Below, piece after piece: positions 1 through 7,180 of a stretch of 64,000 nt of DNA. The notes under the pieces were generated by a model. It saw only the letters and a program-made list of their open reading frames with translations, made no database searches and was not told the DNA's origin. The position numbers and the translations under genes were made by a program. The DNA comes from Syntrophales bacterium (GTDB lineage Bacteria > Desulfobacterota > Syntrophia > Syntrophales > UBA6807). The stretch's first letter is position 1. Each line of letters starts with the position of its first letter. Where the stretch lies: contig JAXGPA010000001.1 in assembly GCA_040767195.1 (NCBI GenBank), positions 320,001 through 384,000 on the forward strand. The letters run 5' to 3'.

Positions 1-838
1 CAACGTGTCCCAGGCCCGGTCGGGAATCCAGTACGGAACCGGCGAAGTTCTCCCCGAAGGGAAAACGGTCGACGACATGCCCTGGGCCGTCCCGACCAAG
101 GCTGGACCCTGGATCGCCTGGTCCGTGTCGGGAACCTTTGCCGCCCTGGGAATCCTGGCGGCCCTTTATCACCGGGAATTGACCGGTGAGGGGCAGGCCA
201 TCGACGTCTCCACGCCGGAAGCTTACCAGAGGCTTCACGATTACGCCCTGCACTGGTATGCCGATCAGGGGGTCATCCAGGAACGGTTCAGCAACCTGGA
301 CACGGCGCTCTGGCTTTACGGCTTCTTCCCCACCAAGGACGGCGGCGTTTTTCTCGGGGGACTCCGGCTGGAAATGTGGAAGGCCTTCGTGGACATCCTG
401 GGGAAGTGGGATGAGTGGAAGGCTGACGAGTGGACCACCCTGGCGCCCTTCATGAAAAAGGACTGGCAGCTCAAGTACCAGGCCATGATCAACCCCCTTA
501 CGGAACAATACACGAGCCGGGAGCTGACACAGAAATCGGTCGACTACGCCAAGAGCGGCCGCCTGGCCCCCATCACCCCCGTGGTGGCGGAAATCGTGTC
601 CCCCTGGAAAACCATGCACGATGAAAACTGGATCGATCGGGGAATGTTCACACCCGTCCAGGACCCCCTGTACGGCTCGGTGATCTGCGCCCAGTCCCAG
701 TGGAAAGGCACGGAAACGCCGCCGCGGACCAAGTGGGTCTGCCGGCCGGCGGGCTATGACAATGACTTCATTTACCTGAGATATCTGGGCCTTGGACCTG
801 TCCGGTTAAGCGAGCTGCAGGAAAAAGGGATCCTGTAA
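1..838 (+). CDS. Family III CoA-transferase (CaiB/BaiF) subunit, 5'-truncated by window edge
   Basis: Motifs 'GTFAALGILAALYHRELTGEGQAIDVS', 'YGFFPTKDGGVF' and C-terminal 'PAGYDNDFIYLRYLGL..L.EKGIL' are typical of family III CoA-transferases; frame open from the window start. Confidence 0.85.
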   Translation, partial: NVSQARSGIQYGTGEVLPEGKTVDDMPWAVPTKAGPWIAWSVSGTFAALGILAALYHRELTGEGQAIDVSTPEAYQRLHDYALHWYADQGVIQERFSNLDTALWLYGFFPTKDGGVFLGGLRLEMWKAFVDILGKWDEWKADEWTTLAPFMKKDWQLKYQAMINPLTEQYTSRELTQKSVDYAKSGRLAPITPVVAEIVSPWKTMHDENWIDRGMFTPVQDPLYGSVICAQSQWKGTETPPRTKWVCRPAGYDNDFIYLRYLGLGPVRLSELQEKGIL

Positions 839-844
839 AAAAGA

Positions 845-876
845 CAGGGGAAGGGGCGGCTCCGCCCCTTCCCCTG
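845..876. terminator. Strong GC hairpin just after the CoA-transferase stop (probable terminator)
   Basis: CAGGGGAAGGGGCGG-CT-CCGCCCCTTCCCCTG, perfect inverted repeat 7 nt after TAA; flanked by A-runs, no U-tract on the + strand. Confidence 0.6.
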
Positions 877-1097
877 AAAAATTCGTGGCCCCGCAATTTT
901 CGTCTTGCGTAACTGGTGGAAATTTTATAAGATCGCGAGAAATAGGAGATCAAAACGAGGCAGACCGGGATTTTGGTAAAAAAAGCACATTCAAAGGCTT
1001 GACAAATAAATGAAATTCATATTGTATTAATTTCTGCTTGAAAAATCGCACCGGGAACCGGGGCCCAGATGAAGACCGGAAAGGAAGGTAAGGCAAG

Positions 1098-1379
1098 ATG
1101 ACCCTGACAAAAGCGGAGCTCGTGAAAAACGTTCACACCTACACGGGGTTTTCCAAGGAGCGCTGCACCGAGCTTGTAGAAAGCGTCTTCGACCTGGTTA
1201 AACAGGAGCTCGAATCGGGAAACGACATCCTGATCTCCGGGTTCGGCAAGTGGTCCGTCAAGAGCAAGAACCCCCGGAAGGGGAGAAACCCGCAGACAGG
1301 CGAGGAACTGATCCTATCCTCCCGTAAAGTCGTGACATTTAAATGTTCAAGAAAATTGAAGGAAAGCATTAACGAATAG
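1098..1379 (+). CDS. ihfA: Integration host factor alpha subunit (HU/IHF family)
   Basis: MTLTKAEL start, 'ISGFGKW.V..K..RKGRNPQTGE' signature, 'RKVVTFK.S'. Confidence 0.85.
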   Translation: MTLTKAELVKNVHTYTGFSKERCTELVESVFDLVKQELESGNDILISGFGKWSVKSKNPRKGRNPQTGEELILSSRKVVTFKCSRKLKESINE

Positions 1380-1546
1380 TTATTGTGATAAAATAGTTTG
1401 CAATGTCTTGAAAATACATGTAATAAAGCTAAAGGAGATTCCTCGATAGAAAGAGTTAGAAGCTGAAAGCCTTTTTAAAAGAGTCGTGGCGATGAATTAC
1501 ATGCTTCATAATTCTTAGCCTGCCTATTAAAGGATGGCGGTGGGCG

Positions 1547-3649
1547 TTGTTAATGGAGAAATTTGTATTACTCCAGGAAAGAAGCGGGCATGTAACCCAC
1601 GTGGATGATTCAAGTCATCTATGCCCGCCACCATACGTTTTCAAACACAAGGACCTTATCGCCTCTTTGGATTCAGCCAAGAGGGTCGCATTACCAAAAC
1701 TCATCAACACCATAAACTTCCTGCACTTTAGTGAATCAATCGTCTGGGTGTATCTGCTTCACACGGAATATGAAGAAGGCATCCTCTTGCGGGCTTCCCT
1801 CAAACCCTGCACAGGCGGTGAACTGACCTGCAACTGGGCTGAAAATGTCATCACAAAACTGAATCTACACGATTTTCACTTTCAATACATCATTCTTTCC
1901 GACGGTCAATCCATCATTTTCATACCCGGACGACTTTTACGAGTCGATCTCACGGGGCTCACCATTTCCCTGCCTGAAGTGAGCTATAACATCTCAAGAA
2001 GAAAACACAGGCGATACGACTGCTGCGACATCAGCATGGAGATTTTTCAAAACGGCATCTATTTGAAGGGCATCCTCGTCGACTTTACCGCCATTGCCTT
2101 CCGGGTCCGAATCTTTCCAAATTCCACATCGTCCTTCATTGGATTCAACGCGGAGGAAACGGCTACAGTCAATCTCAAAAAGCGGGACTACATATTCTTT
2201 TCCAGTAACTGCCAGTTGATCAGACAATCAAATGACATCTTCGGCAGAGAAATGGTTTTCGCCCCCACGGATAGTAAAATTTCGCGATTCAGGAAAGCAA
2301 AAATCAGGAGCCCCCGCTATCAACTGAGCCCTCCGCCGTCCATTATCTTCAATCATCCATTTTTTGGAGCAAGGCTTCAGCGGGAAATTCTTGACATCTC
2401 GAATTCCGGTTTTTCCGTTATCGAGCGAGACGAAGACAGTGTCCTGATGCCGGGGATGATCATTCCAAGATTGAAAATTGTTTTTTCCGGTTCCATCAGT
2501 GTCGAATGCAAGGTCCAGGTTATTTATCGGAAAACGCTTGATGACACAGAAAGGATACGATGTGGAATCGCGATATTGGATATGGATCTGGAAGATTTCA
2601 GTACTCTGAATCAGATTCTAAGCCAGTCAAGGGATCACTTTTCAAATGTCTCGTCCTCTGTCGATCTGAATGCCCTGTGGGAGTTCTTTTTCGATTCCAA
2701 TTTCATATATCCGGACAAATACAAATTCATCCATAATAACAAACAAGAGTACAAGGAAACTTACAAGAAACTCTACCAGAGTAAGCCCGAGATCGCCAAA
2801 CACTTTACATATGAGTCGGAAGGAAAAATTTACGGACATATCGCGATGGTCCGGGCTTACGAATATTCGTGGATGATACACCATTACGCATCAAGGGCAA
2901 TGGATAGGCGACTGGTCGGTTTCGTAATTCTCAAGGAAATCCTGAAATACATCAATGGAGCCTACAGACTGGCTTCCGCTAATATGTGCTATCTCATGAC
3001 CTATTTCAGGGCCAGCAACAAAATAATTGATCGCGTTTTTGGAGGGTACAGCAGAGAGCTAAACCTAAGTAAGGGGTGTTCGGTTGACGCATTTGCATAC
3101 TATGTTCATCACAAGAGCGACGAAAACGCCTTTCTGCCTCCCGAATGGGAGCTGAGACGCTCGACTCAGGTTGATCTCTGGCACGTCGAGAAGTTTTACA
3201 CCCATTCGTCAAACGGGCTTTATATCCAATCTTTAGGCTTGGGCAACGGAGAATCGAAATCGGGTTCCCTCGCCACAAAGTACAAGAACCATGGCTTCAA
3301 GAGAAATCTGTCCCTATTTTCTCTGACTTTCCGAAAGGAACCGGCGGCTCTCATCGCCATCGATCAATCCGACATCGGTTTCAATCTTTCAAATCTTCTG
3401 AATGGCTTTAAAATCATCATACTGGATACGGAAGCCGTGAAATGGGATATTCTGAAAATGGTCATGCAGAATTTATCACGGTTTTTCGATGTTTCGGACA
3501 TTCCAGCGTTGATTTATCCGTACGATTATACCCTTACCCACAACTGCCCGATAGAAAAACAGTATAATTTATGGATACTCGATGTGGCCGGTTACGGAAA
3601 CGACTTTCTGAGTTATATGGAGAAACATTTCAGGATCAGGCTGGACTGA
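1547..3649 (+). CDS. Large tandem PilZ-domain protein with uncharacterised (possibly GNAT-like) C-terminal half
   Basis: RRKHRR (RxxxR) before beta-barrel 1 and DISNSG (DxSxxG) in barrel 2; 700 aa; AT-richer than the genome background; start uncertain (TTG 1547 or ATG 1553). Confidence 0.7.
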   Translation: MLMEKFVLLQERSGHVTHVDDSSHLCPPPYVFKHKDLIASLDSAKRVALPKLINTINFLHFSESIVWVYLLHTEYEEGILLRASLKPCTGGELTCNWAENVITKLNLHDFHFQYIILSDGQSIIFIPGRLLRVDLTGLTISLPEVSYNISRRKHRRYDCCDISMEIFQNGIYLKGILVDFTAIAFRVRIFPNSTSSFIGFNAEETATVNLKKRDYIFFSSNCQLIRQSNDIFGREMVFAPTDSKISRFRKAKIRSPRYQLSPPPSIIFNHPFFGARLQREILDISNSGFSVIERDEDSVLMPGMIIPRLKIVFSGSISVECKVQVIYRKTLDDTERIRCGIAILDMDLEDFSTLNQILSQSRDHFSNVSSSVDLNALWEFFFDSNFIYPDKYKFIHNNKQEYKETYKKLYQSKPEIAKHFTYESEGKIYGHIAMVRAYEYSWMIHHYASRAMDRRLVGFVILKEILKYINGAYRLASANMCYLMTYFRASNKIIDRVFGGYSRELNLSKGCSVDAFAYYVHHKSDENAFLPPEWELRRSTQVDLWHVEKFYTHSSNGLYIQSLGLGNGESKSGSLATKYKNHGFKRNLSLFSLTFRKEPAALIAIDQSDIGFNLSNLLNGFKIIILDTEAVKWDILKMVMQNLSRFFDVSDIPALIYPYDYTLTHNCPIEKQYNLWILDVAGYGNDFLSYMEKHFRIRLD

Positions 3650-3814
3650 CACCAGGGGAAACCCAACCTTTTTTGTGCTTCGCAATTCCTGAGAAAATTT
3701 TTAATTGACAGAGATAGTCCCTGAAAGGGTATGGTATCGGACTGTCCCGAACATACTCCCGACATTTCACCGCAATCAGAGAAACGATGCCAGGAGTGGC
3801 CGTGATGACTGGGC

Positions 3815-5163
3815 GGTCATGTCAATAAATGTTTGCAATTTCGGGTAACGGGTTCATCGACATCCCCGGTTCATGCCGCCTTTTTCAGCAATCCTCGCTG
3901 TTCTTCTATAAGTGACTGTTTGATATAGCATTTACCGGTAGACCAATCTTCGCTGTACTCGATGAGATAGCAGGTAACAAGCCGAACATAAGCGTCCATG
4001 CCGGGGAAGATGCCGACGACCCTTGACCGTCTTCGAATCTCCCGGTTCAGGCGCTCAAGTATATTGGTGGAACTGATCTTCCGGTGATCGAAACAGGGGA
4101 ATGCCAGGAACTGCAGGGCATCCTCCAGGCCCTCATCAAGGACTCCGATGGCCTGGGGAAAACGGTCCCGGTACTGATCCATCAGCATCCGGGCCGTCTG
4201 AAGAGCCGTTTCCTTTGTGGGCTGCAGCCAGATAGCCTTCAGCTTTGCGGCAAAGGATGCTTTCTCCTTGTGTGGCACATGGGCCAGGATGTTCCGCATA
4301 AAATGGACCTTGCACCTCTGCCAGCTGCATCCCAGAAAAGCCTTCTTAACGGCCTTCCGGAGCCCCTTGTGGGCATCGGAAACACAAAGCCAGACCCTCT
4401 CCAACCCCCGTTCCTTCAAGTTGTCAAAAAGGATGCGATACGTCTCTTCCGATTCGTTCATCATGGGCTCGCAGGCCAGGATCTCCCGGCGGCCTTCCAG
4501 GGTGACGCCGGCAACAACTAAAACGGCCATGCTGACTACCCGGCCATCAAAACGGATCTTCTCATAGAGGGCATCCACCCAGATGACAGGATATTCACTC
4601 TCCAGGGGACGGGTTCGAAACCGGGTGATCTGCTCATCGAGCTCCTTCGTCATCACCGAGACCTGGCCCGCCGAGATCCCCTCGATACCCAATGACCGGG
4701 CCAGGCGCTCCATCTTCCGGGTGGACACGCCGTTGATGAAGGCTTCCTGAACCACCTGGATCAGGGCCTGCTCCGACCGTTTCTTCTCTGTCACGAAAAA
4801 GGGGATGTATCCCCCTTGTCGAACCTTCGGAACCAGAAGATACAGAGTTCCCAGACGGGTGTCGAACCGCCGGACACGGGTCCCCGAAAAATGGGTCGTC
4901 CGATCCGATGTATGCTTCCCCTTGGCCGCTCCTACTTTCAGCTCCGCCTCAACCTCCATCATCCGTTCCGTCAGCCACTGGAGCATCGAATACAGCGGAT
5001 CCGACTCCCCCATGAAATGAAGTAGCAATTTCTTGTATGCCGCAGTATCATAATTCCTGGCCATCGCTCTGTCTCCTTTCATTAGTGTTGGGCAAACACC
5101 ATTTTAGGAGATATCGATGGCCTCCTACAATACCTCAAATTGCAAACATTCCCTTACACCACT
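3815..5163 (-). mobile_element. IS256-family insertion sequence (~1349 bp)
   Basis: Imperfect 27-bp terminal IRs (GGTCATGTCAATAAATGTTTGCAATTT at 3815; reverse complement of right end AGTGGTGTAAGGGAATGTTTGCAATTT); direct repeat GACTGGGC at 3807-3814 and 5164-5171 (9 bp if the preceding T is counted). Confidence 0.92.
3871..5082 (-). CDS. IS256-family (mutator-type) DDE transposase
   Basis: 'GVSTRK', 'VIWVDALY', 'VSDAHKGL', 'WQRCKVHFMRN', 'STNILERLNREIRRR' motifs; uninterrupted; start may be ATG 5064. Confidence 0.95.
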   Translation of the reverse strand: MKGDRAMARNYDTAAYKKLLLHFMGESDPLYSMLQWLTERMMEVEAELKVGAAKGKHTSDRTTHFSGTRVRRFDTRLGTLYLLVPKVRQGGYIPFFVTEKKRSEQALIQVVQEAFINGVSTRKMERLARSLGIEGISAGQVSVMTKELDEQITRFRTRPLESEYPVIWVDALYEKIRFDGRVVSMAVLVVAGVTLEGRREILACEPMMNESEETYRILFDNLKERGLERVWLCVSDAHKGLRKAVKKAFLGCSWQRCKVHFMRNILAHVPHKEKASFAAKLKAIWLQPTKETALQTARMLMDQYRDRFPQAIGVLDEGLEDALQFLAFPCFDHRKISSTNILERLNREIRRRSRVVGIFPGMDAYVRLVTCYLIEYSEDWSTGKCYIKQSLIEEQRGLLKKAA

Positions 5164-5424
5164 GACTGGGCCCAGGAAAAAACATGTCTTTTTTTAGTTG
5201 TGGCATAAGAAGATAAGTCTGTGTTATTTTGTCACGGGGGATTTTACCTTTTACTTTTACGCTTACGGTTCATGACTAAACATTGTGGTAGAGATACTTT
5301 TAAGTAAAACTTCCGCCAGCAAAAGTATTGCGTTATTTCCGGACCCGAGTTTGATGAGTTGTTTTCTTTGAGATGATAGATTTCCCGCAGCCCCTGTCAG
5401 CCGGAGAAAGCATTCTGAAAGGCC

Positions 5425-6141
5425 ATGGCTCATAACGCGTCAAATGGAGAAAAAGACAGACTGATCCAGCTCCTGTCCAATGCGTTGAACAAGTCGCTGG
5501 ACCTGTCCCTTAACCGGGGAAAGAAGCTGCTTTACTTTTCCTTAGGTTTTCTCACAGGAATTGGCCTGGTCCTTCCTTTTCTGATATCGCTGAACGCCGA
5601 AAGGAGCAGGCTCTTAAGCTACCATTACAGCTACAACAACACCATTCAACAGATGAATGAGCTGAAAACGGAGATCCAGCAATTGTCGCTTCTCGCCGAT
5701 GAGAAAAATACTGTCGATAGAGATTTGAATGATGCGGCTTTCGTCGCAGGGAACACTCCCACATTGGCGCCCCCGGAAAAACGGACCACCTTGGATCTTA
5801 AATTTGAGGTTTTCATTCATTATAAAAGAGACGATTACAAAGAATTGCTTGAAGAACTGTGGGAGCAACTGGGAGAAGCCGCAAATCTGAACGTTCACGG
5901 CATGGAACAGATCAGCCTGAATTTCAGGAAAAATGAGATCCGCTATTTCCGGGAAGCCGACAGAAGAGGCGCCAAAGAGGTTCTATCCTTGATTCATTCT
6001 TTCTTTCATGCCAGAAATAAAGAGGGAAACATCCCAATTTTTGATGTCAGATCCTTTGCCGAGGACTTCCCGAATGCAAGAAAGGGGCTTGTGGAGGTTT
6101 GGATCAGCTCGTTAGGGTCTCTGGCCGATCCTGTGAAATGA
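5425..6141 (+). CDS. Hypothetical membrane-anchored protein (TM + coiled coil + C-terminal globular domain)
   Basis: Hydrophobic helix LLYFSLGFLTGIGLVLPFLI, heptad-like stretch, C-terminal 'NEIRYF...D...A...GLVEVWI'; AT-rich. Confidence 0.6.
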   Translation: MAHNASNGEKDRLIQLLSNALNKSLDLSLNRGKKLLYFSLGFLTGIGLVLPFLISLNAERSRLLSYHYSYNNTIQQMNELKTEIQQLSLLADEKNTVDRDLNDAAFVAGNTPTLAPPEKRTTLDLKFEVFIHYKRDDYKELLEELWEQLGEAANLNVHGMEQISLNFRKNEIRYFREADRRGAKEVLSLIHSFFHARNKEGNIPIFDVRSFAEDFPNARKGLVEVWISSLGSLADPVK

Positions 6142-6202
6142 ATATATTGAGTATTCGATGAACCAGCTGAGCTGAAATGAGGCGCGAAGACCTATAGTTT
6201 CC

Positions 6203-7180
6203 ATGGACCTCTATTTTTTATTTTACCTTATAATTATGATAGTCACCGGGATATTCGGGGGAGTAGTCACCTTTTTAACGTTTCCAGGCCCCGGGAAAAA
6301 AATGTTACCCCATATCTCGTTAGGAATTCTTGGATCCTTCAGCGTTCCCCTCTTTTTGAACATGATATCCAGCCAGCTTCTCCAAGAAAGCAGGTCCGAT
6401 TCCGTCAATCTTCTCTATTTGATAAGCATTTGTCTTATTTTCTCCCTTCTTTTCCTCGTCCTGAAGCAGATCATGGAATACCTGAACGGATTCCACAAGC
6501 TCCCCTCGGCCAACATGGATTACGTCATGGCCTATTTCCAGCCGAAAAACAAAATCGCCAACCGGATTTTCGGCGATTTCGCCCGATCCCTGAACAATCC
6601 CCAGGGATGCTCCCTGGACCGCTTCTGTTATTTCATGTGGAAAAAAGACGCCTCCCAGGAAGACCTTCCCAGTGAATGGACACTCCGGGAATCTACCCCC
6701 ATGGATCTCTGGAAATTGAAGCTCTTTTACAAACACCGGTCCGACGGGCTTCTTCTGGACGCCCACAACATGGAAGGGGAGCCGAAAAGGAAAGGGAGCC
6801 TTTTCACGCTTTACGATCAGCTCGGTTTCCACCGGTCCTGGAACATCCACTCCCTCGTCCACCACGAGGATCCCGTAGCTTTCATCGTTAGGGAACGCTC
6901 CGATGTGGGAATCAACATGGCCCAGCTTCTCAACTGCTTCAAAATCATCGTGACGGAACCGGAGATACTCCCCTGGGACATTCTTATAAAATCCGTCTCC
7001 CCCCTGCTTCACGAAGAGACGGCCGCCGAAATTCCCCTCTTAATTTATCCGGAGGACTATGTTAAAAAAGAGGGCGTGCCGGTGACAAAGGTATACGATC
7101 ACTGGATTCTGAACCTTCACGAAAAAGGAAATGAATACCTTCAGCACATGGCAAAAAATTTTCGTATCAGGTTCGACTAA
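6203..7180 (+). CDS. Chimeric protein: 3-TM N-terminus (YLATT-like) fused to a homolog of the C-terminal half of the 1547..3649 protein
   Basis: Residues ~84-325 align collinearly with the C-terminus of ORF 1547..3649 (LKQIMEYLNG/LKEILKYING, SANMDY/SANMCY, GCSLD/GCSVD, LIYPEDY/LIYPYDY, FRIRFD*/FRIRLD*); N-terminus 'GIFGG...LGILGSFSVPLFLNMISSQLL'. Confidence 0.7.
   Translation: MDLYFLFYLIIMIVTGIFGGVVTFLTFPGPGKKMLPHISLGILGSFSVPLFLNMISSQLLQESRSDSVNLLYLISICLIFSLLFLVLKQIMEYLNGFHKLPSANMDYVMAYFQPKNKIANRIFGDFARSLNNPQGCSLDRFCYFMWKKDASQEDLPSEWTLRESTPMDLWKLKLFYKHRSDGLLLDAHNMEGEPKRKGSLFTLYDQLGFHRSWNIHSLVHHEDPVAFIVRERSDVGINMAQLLNCFKIIVTEPEILPWDILIKSVSPLLHEETAAEIPLLIYPEDYVKKEGVPVTKVYDHWILNLHEKGNEYLQHMAKNFRIRFD

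Noticed and set aside
5200..5216. TGGCAT as a sigma54 -24 box
   Set aside because: No GC at the -12 position (GG-N10-GC fails).
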